A stretch of DNA of 64,000 nt from Sphingobacteriales bacterium (GTDB lineage Bacteria > Bacteroidota > Bacteroidia > Sphingobacteriales > Sphingobacteriaceae), in the NCBI GenBank assembly GCA_026390835.1, contig JAPLFD010000008.1:34396-98395 (forward strand). Reading direction: 5' to 3'. Below, piece by piece: positions 37,672-46,279 of the stretch. Numbering within the stretch: the first letter of the stretch is position 1; each line of letters starts with the position of its first letter. The notes below the pieces were generated by a model. That model was not told where the DNA came from and ran no database searches. It saw nothing but the letters and a program-made list of their open reading frames with translations. The position numbers and the translations under genes were made by a program.

Positions 37672-38444
37672 TGTTTGCCTCTCCGGATGATCTTCGTGTT
37701 TTTTTAGATCAAAAGGTAGCGCAATACAATCAAAAAGGCTTCATAGCCCACGATCCAATTAGCATTCCGCACTTGTTTAGTAAAAAACAAGACATCGAAA
37801 TTATGGGTTTTTGGGCCGCCGTTTTGGCATGGGGTCAACGCAAAACCATTATTAATAAATGCCGGGAGCTTATTCAGTTGATGGACAGCAGTCCTTACGA
37901 CTTTATTTGCCATCATCAGGAGAACGATTTAAAACGCCTTTTGGGCTTTAAGCACCGCACTTTTAATGCTACGGATACCTTATATTTTATCCAATTTTTT
38001 AAGCAGCATTACCAAAAGCAGTCAAGTTTAGAATCGGCATTTTTTAGTACCGAGGGGCAAACTATGGAGCAGATACTCAATCAGTTTCGCATTAATTTCT
38101 TTGCTTTTACGCCCGATTATCCCGCACGAACCAAGAAGCACATTGCCGCACCCAATCAAAAATCAGCTTGTAAACGCATCAATATGTTTTTACGTTGGAT
38201 GGTTAGAAACGACACCCAAGGCGTAGATTTTGGCCTATGGAAAAATATAAAACCAAACCAATTGGTTTGCCCTATTGATGTGCACGTAGAACGGGTAGCC
38301 CGAAAATTAGGCCTTATAGAGCGCAAAAATGTAGATTGGCTCACCGCAGTAGAACTCACCGAACAGCTCAAAAAATTCGATGCGCACGATCCTGTAAAAT
38401 ATGATTTTGCATTATTTGGTTTAGGCGTAGAAGAAGGCTTTTAA
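37671..38444 (+). CDS. TIGR02757/DUF2400 family protein (function unknown)
   Basis: 257 aa. I recognised the family from the overall pattern (N-terminal ...FIAHDPISIPH..., central RKTIINKC), so the call is moderate only. Its start overlaps the upstream stop (TAATG). Confidence 0.5.
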   Translation: MFASPDDLRVFLDQKVAQYNQKGFIAHDPISIPHLFSKKQDIEIMGFWAAVLAWGQRKTIINKCRELIQLMDSSPYDFICHHQENDLKRLLGFKHRTFNATDTLYFIQFFKQHYQKQSSLESAFFSTEGQTMEQILNQFRINFFAFTPDYPARTKKHIAAPNQKSACKRINMFLRWMVRNDTQGVDFGLWKNIKPNQLVCPIDVHVERVARKLGLIERKNVDWLTAVELTEQLKKFDAHDPVKYDFALFGLGVEEGF

Positions 38445-38462
38445 AGCCTGCATAATAAGCGG

Positions 38463-38470
38463 TATATTTG
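38463..38470 (+). promoter_or_regulatory. candidate -7 promoter element (TATATTTG) abutting the mnmE start
   Basis: Exact TAnnTTTG match, 4 nt before the ATG at 38475. Confidence 0.45.
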
Positions 38471-38474
38471 CCCC

Positions 38475-39836
38475 ATGTTTCAGCAAGATGATACGATTGT
38501 AGCTTTAGCCACGCCCAGTGGGAGTGGAGCCATTGGCGTTATTCGCTTGTCGGGACCCGAGGCCATTCGCATTACCCAACACGTATTTAAAGGCAAAGAT
38601 TTAAGCAAACAAGCTTCCCATACTATCCATTTTGGAACCATTAGAGATGGAGAACATATTATTGATGAGGTACTGGTATCATTATTTATAGGCCCACATT
38701 CCTATACTAAAGAACATGTGGTGGAGATTTCTACCCACGGATCTTCTTATATTATTCAAAAAATTATTAGGCTGCTTATTAGTAAAGGCGCCCGTGCTGC
38801 CAAAGCTGGTGAATTTACCTTGAGAGCGTTTTTAAATGGCCAGTTAGATTTATCGCAAGCAGAAGCCGTAGCCGATTTAATAGCTTCCGATTCCCAGGCT
38901 TCTCACCAATTGGCTATGCAGCAAATGCGTGGTGGTTTTTCTACGCAATTGCAACAATTACGTGAAGAATTAATTCATTTTGCCTCCATGATTGAGCTAG
39001 AACTCGATTTTGCCGAGGAAGATGTAGAATTTGCCAATAGGGACGATTTAAAAGCATTGATTTTAAAAATCAACAGCATTTTACACAAGCTCATTCAATC
39101 TTTTGAGCAAGGAAATGTACTTAAAACGGGGGTTCCGGTAGTGATTGCCGGCCAGCCAAACGTGGGCAAATCTACCTTACTCAATGCTTTGCTAAACGAA
39201 GAGCGGGCTATTGTTTCTGAAATTGCCGGTACCACCCGAGATACCATTGAAGATGAATTAACCATTAACGGGATTGTTTTCCGCTTTATAGATACTGCTG
39301 GCATTCGGGTTACGCAAGATACCATTGAGGCCATAGGTGTGGAGCGTACCCACGAAAAAATGAAACAGGCCAAATTGATTTTGTATTTGGTAAGCCCAGA
39401 TCAGCCTAGAGAGGCAATTGAAGAGCAATTGGCCGGTTTAGAAGCCGCCACTATTCCGTTTTTAACCCTTTTAAATAAGGCTGATGTGCTTACGGAAAGC
39501 CATGAAGTTGCCTTGGGTGATATACCATTTTTGTATCTTTCTGCCAAAGAAAAAACCGGCATTGAAGAACTGAAAACAGCCATTTTAGAAAAAATACAAC
39601 TACACAATATTGCTGCCGATGAGGTATTAATTAGCAATACCCGCCATTTAGAGGCTTTGCAAAAAACAGAAAGTTCCCTTACGAGTGTTCTACACAATCT
39701 CGATAGCTCGGTAACCTCCGATTTTATTTCTAGCGATATAAAGCAGGCGCTACACTATTTGGGTGAAATTACGGGCTTGGTTACTACCGATGATTTGTTA
39801 GAAAATATTTTTTCTAAATTTTGTATCGGTAAATAA
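38475..39836 (+). CDS. mnmE: tRNA modification GTPase MnmE
   Basis: 453 aa. DTIVALATPSG N-terminus, G domain GQPNVGKST / DTAG, and a C-terminal FCIGK. Confidence 0.93.
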   Translation: MFQQDDTIVALATPSGSGAIGVIRLSGPEAIRITQHVFKGKDLSKQASHTIHFGTIRDGEHIIDEVLVSLFIGPHSYTKEHVVEISTHGSSYIIQKIIRLLISKGARAAKAGEFTLRAFLNGQLDLSQAEAVADLIASDSQASHQLAMQQMRGGFSTQLQQLREELIHFASMIELELDFAEEDVEFANRDDLKALILKINSILHKLIQSFEQGNVLKTGVPVVIAGQPNVGKSTLLNALLNEERAIVSEIAGTTRDTIEDELTINGIVFRFIDTAGIRVTQDTIEAIGVERTHEKMKQAKLILYLVSPDQPREAIEEQLAGLEAATIPFLTLLNKADVLTESHEVALGDIPFLYLSAKEKTGIEELKTAILEKIQLHNIAADEVLISNTRHLEALQKTESSLTSVLHNLDSSVTSDFISSDIKQALHYLGEITGLVTTDDLLENIFSKFCIGK

Positions 39837-39885
39837 ATATCCTCAATTATTTTACGCATATTTATTAGAACCAATTATTTATTCT

Positions 39886-41019
39886 ATGCGCTTACATACC
39901 ATTATTTTACTAGTATTTGCTGGCATTTCTTTACAATCTTGTTCAAAAAAATCTAATCCTGCAGTACCATCTACAGCACCAGATTTGTATCTCGGTGCCG
40001 ATTTATCGTATATCAACGAAATAGAAAATTGTGGAGCCCAATACCGCCAAAATGGACAAAATATTGATCCTTATACACTTTTTGCTGCAAAAGGCTGCAA
40101 TTTGGTACGGCTACGTTTGTGGCATAACCCCACCTGGAGTGGTTTTTCTAATTATGCAGATGTAAAACGAAGCATGCAACGTGCAAAAGCTAAAAATATG
40201 CCCGTATTGCTCGATTTTCATTACTCTGATACCTGGGCCGATCCAGGAAACCAAGCCATACCGGCTGCATGGGCAAGTATTACCAACGTAAGCACCCTAG
40301 GCGATAGCGTATACAATTACACCTTAAATACACTTTTGAAATTAGGTGCCGAAAACCTAACACCCAGCATAGTGCAAGTAGGCAATGAAATAAATAGTGA
40401 GGTTTTGCAACCTGCTGGTCAGCCAAAATATACCATCAATTGGACTCGAAATGCGCAACTAATCAATCGCGGTATACAAGGGGTACGTGAAGCTTCTCGT
40501 AGATTGAATAAAAACATTGAAGTGATGTTACATATTGCACAACCTGAAAATGCAATTTGGTGGTTTCAGCAAGCAAATACAGCTAATTTAACTGATTTCG
40601 ATTGGATAGGTATTTCTTATTATCCGCTTTGGTCAAATACAACTTTAGATAATTTACCGACCCGTATCAATAATTTAATCAGTACCCATCGTAAAAAATT
40701 AATGGTAGTAGAAACAGCCTATCCCTATACCATGCAAAATGCCGACGGAGCAAATAACATTCTAGGCCAAGCTGCGGTTATAAATGGCTACCCGGCTACA
40801 CCTGATGGACAGAAAAACTTTATGATTCAATTGGTGAAACAAACTCTAGCAGGTGGAGGCAAAGGAGTAGTGTATTGGGAGCCTGCTTGGGTAGCCAATA
40901 CCTGTATTACTCCTTGGGCTACTGGCTCCGGTTGGGATAATGCCACTTTTTTCAATAGCCAAAACCAAAATGAGGCCTTGCCAGTTTTCGATTTTTTCAA
41001 TCAAGCGAATTATAGGTAA
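39886..41019 (+). CDS. arabinogalactan endo-beta-1,4-galactanase (GH53), lipoprotein
   Basis: 377 aa with a lipobox (SLQSC). GADLSYINEIE, VQVGNEIN (acid/base Glu region) and MVVETAYP (nucleophile Glu region) are typical of GH53. Confidence 0.75.
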   Translation: MRLHTIILLVFAGISLQSCSKKSNPAVPSTAPDLYLGADLSYINEIENCGAQYRQNGQNIDPYTLFAAKGCNLVRLRLWHNPTWSGFSNYADVKRSMQRAKAKNMPVLLDFHYSDTWADPGNQAIPAAWASITNVSTLGDSVYNYTLNTLLKLGAENLTPSIVQVGNEINSEVLQPAGQPKYTINWTRNAQLINRGIQGVREASRRLNKNIEVMLHIAQPENAIWWFQQANTANLTDFDWIGISYYPLWSNTTLDNLPTRINNLISTHRKKLMVVETAYPYTMQNADGANNILGQAAVINGYPATPDGQKNFMIQLVKQTLAGGGKGVVYWEPAWVANTCITPWATGSGWDNATFFNSQNQNEALPVFDFFNQANYR

Positions 41020-41021
41020 GA

Positions 41022-42182
41022 ATGAGTGCATTAACCGAAAAGGTAGTTTCAGCCTATCTTCAAATTTTTCAAAGCGAACCTAGTTATACTATTTTATCTC
41101 CTGGCCGAATTAATATTATAGGAGAGCATGTAGATTATAACGACGGCTTTGTATTGCCTGCAGCCATTAATAAATATGTGTGTTTTGCCATTGCCGAGAG
41201 TGGATCGAGTAGCTGTACTTTGGTAGCTCTTGATTTAGATAAAACTTATGCTTTTGATTTAACCGATGAAATTAGCCCCGTAGCCGATATGTGGGTAAAT
41301 TACATTTTGGGTGTGGTAGCGCCTATAAAAAAGGAATTAAAAGGCTTTAATTTGGTATTTAGTAGCACCATTCCCATGGGTTCTGGCTTATCTTCATCGG
41401 CGGCGGTAGAATGTGGCGCAGCTTTTGCATTAAATACGCTATTCGATTTAGGACTTAGCAAAGAGCAATTGGCAAAATTAGGTCAACAAGCTGAACATAC
41501 CTTTGTGGGTGTAAAATGTGGCATTATGGATCAGTTTGCCAGTGTTTTTGGTAAAGCTAACCAAGTAATTAAGTTAGACTGTAACACACTTACTTATGAT
41601 TATTTCCCAGCCGACTTAGGTGATTATTGTTTGGTTTTATTGGATAGTAAAGTAAAGCATACGCACTTAACATCGGGTTATAATACCCGCAGAGAGGAAG
41701 TGGAAGCGGGTTTAAATATTATTAAACAAGCTTTTCCGGAGGTAAACACCTACAGAGATTGTACAATGGAGCACGTGGAGTCAGTAAAAGATAGGTTGGG
41801 TGCTATCCGCTATAAACGTTGTTCTTACGTGGTTAAAGAAATTAAACGCGTAGGGGAGGCTGTACAAGCATTAGCTAGCAACAACTTTGAAGCTCTTGGC
41901 AAATTGATCAACGCCACCCATGAAGGACTTTCTGCAGACTACGAAGTAAGTTGTGATGAGTTAGATTTTTTGGTAGCTCAAGCCCAAAATATACCCGATG
42001 TATTGGGTGCCCGTATGATGGGAGGTGGCTTTGGGGGCTGTACCATTAATTTACTGAAAAAATCGGCTATATCAAAACTTGAAGATGAGATTCAATTGGC
42101 CTATAAAAAACGCTTTGGCATAGATTTAGAAGTGTATCAGGTAGCTATTTCGGAAGGAACTCACCTGTATAATCGAAATTAG
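41022..42182 (+). CDS. galK: galactokinase
   Basis: 386 aa. Galactokinase signature GRINIIGEHVDYNDG and the GHMP motif PMGSGLSSSAA. Confidence 0.92.
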   Translation: MSALTEKVVSAYLQIFQSEPSYTILSPGRINIIGEHVDYNDGFVLPAAINKYVCFAIAESGSSSCTLVALDLDKTYAFDLTDEISPVADMWVNYILGVVAPIKKELKGFNLVFSSTIPMGSGLSSSAAVECGAAFALNTLFDLGLSKEQLAKLGQQAEHTFVGVKCGIMDQFASVFGKANQVIKLDCNTLTYDYFPADLGDYCLVLLDSKVKHTHLTSGYNTRREEVEAGLNIIKQAFPEVNTYRDCTMEHVESVKDRLGAIRYKRCSYVVKEIKRVGEAVQALASNNFEALGKLINATHEGLSADYEVSCDELDFLVAQAQNIPDVLGARMMGGGFGGCTINLLKKSAISKLEDEIQLAYKKRFGIDLEVYQVAISEGTHLYNRN

Positions 42183-42453
42183 TTAAGCAGTTTAAAATGT
42201 TTCTGAAAAGAAATTTATACTTGCTGTTTTCCACAATTTAATATTCAAAAAACTCTTAATAAGTATATTCAGTACATTTTTTTTGTAAAATGTTGATAAT
42301 TATACCAAATCTATAAATTTAAAAACTAGGTAATTTTTAAAAACTAATGCCTAAATTTAACTAAACCTAAATAAAGTGGTAGCAAGACCATCTTAAAAAA
42401 TCTGGGCGTATCCGAAAAGCCATACGAGTAGGACTTAACCAAAAATAAACATT

Positions 42454-43173
42454 ATGTCAAATCTTTTATTAGATGCTTCTATGGTCATTTCTAATACCGA
42501 CTATGTTGCTTTTACCTTTTTTATAGGCACCATGGCAATGATGGCTGCTGCCGTTTTCTTCTTCTTTGAAGTAGGAAATACTGCTCCAGAGTGGAGAACT
42601 TCCGTTCTAGTTTCTGGACTTATTACATTCATTGCAGCTGTTCATTATTATTACATGAGAGGTTACAGTTTGGAAACTGGTGAATCACCAATATTTTTCC
42701 GCTATGTAGATTGGATTTTAACTGTGCCTTTGATGTGTGTTGAATTTTATTTAATCACCAAAAAAGCAGGTGCTAAAGCCAGCTTATTATGGAAACTAAT
42801 TTTTGCTTCGGTAATTATGTTAGTTACCGGATATTGGGGAGAGGCTGTTGCCAGAGACCAAGCTGCATTCTGGGGCTTAGTATCAGGTTTAGCTTATTTC
42901 TACATTGTTTATGAAGTATTTGCTGGTGAAGTGGCAAAACTTGCAAAAGCAAGTAACCCTGCCGTTCAAAAAGCAGTAAGTGCTTTACTTAAATTTGTAA
43001 TCATTGGATGGGCAATCTATCCAGTTGGCTACATGGCTGGTACAGCCGATGGACAGTGGTATGCTTTCATGAAAGATTTACCACTTGATATGGATATCAT
43101 TTACAACATCGGTGATGCGGTAAATAAAATCGGTTTTGGTTTAGTGATCTACTCACTTAGCCGTTCTAAATAA
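42454..43173 (+). CDS. microbial (type 1) rhodopsin, proteorhodopsin-type light-driven proton pump (DTE motif)
   Basis: 239 aa with 7 TM helices. The helix C sequence RYVDWILTVPLMCVEF gives D86/T90/E97, matching green proteorhodopsin (GPR) D97/T101/E108. H64 matches PR His75. M94 sits at the spectral-tuning site. Helix G DAVNK gives D221 and the Schiff-base residue K225 (43126-43128). Confidence 0.9.
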   Translation: MSNLLLDASMVISNTDYVAFTFFIGTMAMMAAAVFFFFEVGNTAPEWRTSVLVSGLITFIAAVHYYYMRGYSLETGESPIFFRYVDWILTVPLMCVEFYLITKKAGAKASLLWKLIFASVIMLVTGYWGEAVARDQAAFWGLVSGLAYFYIVYEVFAGEVAKLAKASNPAVQKAVSALLKFVIIGWAIYPVGYMAGTADGQWYAFMKDLPLDMDIIYNIGDAVNKIGFGLVIYSLSRSK

Positions 43174-43194
43174 TTTAATCATTTAGGTTTAACT

Positions 43195-43232
43195 AAAAGG
43201 TACTCGTATTTTACGAGTACCTTTTGTTTTTT
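43195..43232 (+). terminator. intrinsic terminator immediately after the rhodopsin gene
   Basis: Stem GGTACTCGTA (43199-43208) pairs with TACGAGTACC (43212-43221) around a 3-nt loop. A4 flanks the stem on its 5' side and TTTTGTTTTTT follows it. The T-tract ends about 7 nt before the crtY ATG. Confidence 0.8.
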
Positions 43233-43238
43233 GTATAC

Positions 43239-44378
43239 ATGCACTACGATATCATTTTACTAGGAGCTGGATGCTCTTCTATGCAATTACTGCATGCCAT
43301 GTTGCGCACAAGTAATGGAAAGAAGTTGCGTATTTTAGTTCTTGAGAAAGAACAAGATTTTCCTGAAAAATCATGGTGCTTTTGGTCTAAAAATGCTACA
43401 GAATACGATTCATTGGTATCTAAAAAATGGAATCAGATAGAATTTTTTACAGATAGCTACGCATTACATAAAGCCATAAATCCATATCAATACAAGTACA
43501 TACATTCCCAAACATTTTTCGATTTTCACGTAGATTTAATCTATAAAGCAGATAATGTAGATTTCTTTAGAGAAGAGGTGTTAAGTGTTGACAGGAATGT
43601 TCAGATTTTTACCGTAAAGACTCCTAAAACTACGTATACAGCCGCTAAAGTATACTCTAGTATGTATACGCAAAGTGAATTGCAAAAAAATGAACTTTTA
43701 CTGTGGCAGCATTTTTATGGGTTTTTTATAAAAACTGAAAAACCGGTTTTTAATAAAGATGTGTTTAGAATGATGGATTTTAGAATTCCACAAAGTGCTA
43801 CAGGTAGTCATTTTATTTACATTCTTCCCTTCTCCGAGACCGAAGCTTTAGTTGAATTTACTGCTTTTTCTTCTGTAGAAAGTTATGCAGATACAGAATA
43901 CAAAGACTATCTATCTACCTATATCCAAACACACTTTCCAACGAATTATCAAATTAGCAGAATTGAGCGGGGTAAAATACCCATGACAAACGCCCAACCC
44001 AATACCGACAATTTAGCTGGAATAATTCCAATTGGAGGTAGGGCAGGTGCCATTAAACCAAGTACCGGTTACGCCTTTAATCGGATTAGGAAAAATACAC
44101 AAGCACTTTTTTCGGATGATTTCGGAAGCTTAGAGACTCCTTTTTTTAACCAAAATAGATTCCAGCTTTACGATACGCTATTACTTCAAATTATTAAAAC
44201 TAATCCGCAAAAAATTAACTTAGTAATGGAACAGTTGTTTCGAAAAAATAACCCAACTACGATATTGAAGTTTTTAGATGAAGAAACAACTGTACTAGAA
44301 GACCTAAGTATTTTTTCACGCTTGCCCATTCCATTATTTTTAAATCAATTAAAAAATTATGTAAAAAATCGGATATGA
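43239..44378 (+). CDS. crtY: lycopene beta-cyclase (CrtY type)
   Basis: 379 aa counted from MHYDIILLGAGCSS (dinucleotide-binding fold). The size, an internal GG(R)AG...PSTGY motif and the position beside blh fit the CrtY/lycopene cyclase family. The ORF-track start at 43224 is a TTG inside the terminator. Confidence 0.75.
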   Translation: MHYDIILLGAGCSSMQLLHAMLRTSNGKKLRILVLEKEQDFPEKSWCFWSKNATEYDSLVSKKWNQIEFFTDSYALHKAINPYQYKYIHSQTFFDFHVDLIYKADNVDFFREEVLSVDRNVQIFTVKTPKTTYTAAKVYSSMYTQSELQKNELLLWQHFYGFFIKTEKPVFNKDVFRMMDFRIPQSATGSHFIYILPFSETEALVEFTAFSSVESYADTEYKDYLSTYIQTHFPTNYQISRIERGKIPMTNAQPNTDNLAGIIPIGGRAGAIKPSTGYAFNRIRKNTQALFSDDFGSLETPFFNQNRFQLYDTLLLQIIKTNPQKINLVMEQLFRKNNPTTILKFLDEETTVLEDLSIFSRLPIPLFLNQLKNYVKNRI

Positions 44379-45289
44379 GAATACGTATACTACTAATCGG
44401 TTTTTTATTGAGTATTTGCTCTTTACTATTAAATTTTACCCCTTTACAACAAACTTATATGCTTTTTGTTGGCGTAGCTATCATCGGTATTCCGCATGGC
44501 TCTATTGATCATTATTTATACATGACTAACAATAAGCTTAGTGGATCTTTTATTCATTTTTTCAAATTTTTAATCCAATATATAGGCATAGGACTTATTT
44601 ATGCAGCATTATGGTGGTTAAGCCCTATAGTAGCGTTATTCATTTTTATAGGTATATCTGCTTTTCATTTTGGAGAATTAGATACCTTGAATTTCGATTT
44701 TAAAAATATAAAATATGCCTATCTAGTTGCATTTACCTATGGTTTATTGTTTCTGTTGAATCTTTTGTTGTTTAATGGTAAAGATGTGTTGCCTATTATT
44801 CAATCATTTCCAGGTATTTCACTTACTCGTACAGAAATGCTCCAATCAAGTGATTTATGGATACCCATCTTCCCTATAATATCGGTTATCATTTTCTTTG
44901 TTATTCTCCTTATTTCGCTACCACAAAGTGAATATTTTTCAAAAAAAACACTTTCAAATCTGCTTTTTTTAGTCTTTTTGCAAGGCTTAATTTTTAGCAT
45001 GCCATTAATTTTGGGCTTTGCCTTTTATTTTTGCGCTTGGCACGCTGTGTTATCTTTTAATAGTATTTTAAAACATTTAGAGTGGCAAACTAAATCGCCA
45101 GTATTTGTGCTCAAAAAACTCGTACCTACCAATTTTGCAGCTTGGTTATTTTTGGGTTCTCTTATGTTTTATTTTAAGTCAGATTTGAACAGATTAACGG
45201 CCATTTTATTTCTAGGAATTGCAGTGTTAACAGCCCCACATATTGGTGTGATAAGCAGCATGCTGCAATCACAAAAAACGAAGGTTTAA
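44375..45289 (+). CDS. blh: Brp/Blh family beta-carotene 15,15'-dioxygenase (retinal synthase)
   Basis: 304 aa polytopic membrane protein. His residues sit in the expected contexts (IPHGSIDH, AFHFGE, CAWHA, APHIG). It has an ATGA start/stop overlap with crtY. Confidence 0.75.
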   Translation: MRIRILLIGFLLSICSLLLNFTPLQQTYMLFVGVAIIGIPHGSIDHYLYMTNNKLSGSFIHFFKFLIQYIGIGLIYAALWWLSPIVALFIFIGISAFHFGELDTLNFDFKNIKYAYLVAFTYGLLFLLNLLLFNGKDVLPIIQSFPGISLTRTEMLQSSDLWIPIFPIISVIIFFVILLISLPQSEYFSKKTLSNLLFLVFLQGLIFSMPLILGFAFYFCAWHAVLSFNSILKHLEWQTKSPVFVLKKLVPTNFAAWLFLGSLMFYFKSDLNRLTAILFLGIAVLTAPHIGVISSMLQSQKTKV

Positions 45290-45389
45290 TCCCATATTTT
45301 TTACGGTATTTTAACAGTAAATTAACAAGCAAGGGAATTGATTTCCTTACCTTAGCACTTTGGAAATTCCCAATGCTATACATTAATTT

Positions 45390-46238
45390 ATGCCCTTAAA
45401 ACTCTATTTATTAGTAGGTTTAGCCTATTCTTGTTTCTTTTGTACCGATATTCTTATTCGGAAATACAGTGTAAATGCCAACTCGTTTTCATTTATTTTA
45501 AAACGTAGTGCCTATACCGTTTTACTTTCCTTCGCCGTTTTGGTAGGATCCTTAACCATACTCACACCACCTAGTGGGTTGGTGGCACTTCAAATTATTG
45601 GTATCTCTATCATTTGCGGCATGGGTTTATGGTTCTTTATCTTAGCCAACAGACTGATTAGTTTCCCCAACGTAGTGGTTATTAATTTATTTGGCCTATT
45701 AGTGCAACAACTAGCCGCCAGGTTTATATTGGGTGAACATTTTAGTCCGTATTTCTATCCAAGTTTAGCTATCTGTATAGTGGGTTTGTTGGTGCAGGCA
45801 TCGGTTCCTAAATTACAAAAGGGACTTGTTTTGGCTTTATTAAGTATAACGTGTTGGTCTTTCGGTTATTCTCTTTTATCTATTCCGCTTAAATACACCG
45901 CCGTTACTTGGAGTGCTTTTATAATGGAGAGCACTATTTTGTTTTCTGCGTGGCTTATTTATAAATTGACCAGAAAAGATGCCGATCAAAAGGTGGAAAA
46001 ATCACCTATAAAGCCCCTTAATTTTATGATTATAGCAGTACTTACCACCATGGGTAGTCTGTTAATTAAGCAATCTTACAAAGAGTTTCAGGTAGGAGAA
46101 ATCAGTTTACTTTATCTATTCCTTTTCCCATTTTCCTTACTGGTGAGCAAATGGTATTTTAAAGAAGAAATAAGTAAACGCGAATGGCTAGGCACCTGTA
46201 TAATTTTTATCGGGATAGCCTTATTTGTAATTAGGTAA
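45390..46238 (+). CDS. DMT/EamA-like permease (uncharacterised)
   Basis: 282 aa with about 9-10 hydrophobic helices in two halves. It lies 100 nt downstream of blh on the same strand. Confidence 0.6.
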   Translation: MPLKLYLLVGLAYSCFFCTDILIRKYSVNANSFSFILKRSAYTVLLSFAVLVGSLTILTPPSGLVALQIIGISIICGMGLWFFILANRLISFPNVVVINLFGLLVQQLAARFILGEHFSPYFYPSLAICIVGLLVQASVPKLQKGLVLALLSITCWSFGYSLLSIPLKYTAVTWSAFIMESTILFSAWLIYKLTRKDADQKVEKSPIKPLNFMIIAVLTTMGSLLIKQSYKEFQVGEISLLYLFLFPFSLLVSKWYFKEEISKREWLGTCIIFIGIALFVIR

Positions 46239-46279
46239 GTTCTATTCAATACGCTATACTTGAATAAAATTTATTATTT

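Noticed and set aside
42200-42216. Possible terminator after galK (TTTCT-GAAA-AGAAA hairpin)
   Set aside because: The stem is only 5 bp and AT-rich, followed by a 3-T run. That is too weak to call, so read-through from galK into the rhodopsin leader cannot be excluded or asserted.
42454-43173. Rhodopsin as a Na+ pump (NDQ), Cl- pump (NTQ) or sensory rhodopsin
   Set aside because: The helix C motif read directly from the sequence is D86/T90/E97 (DTE), with a carboxylate proton donor. No transducer gene is adjacent. This fits an outward H+ pump.
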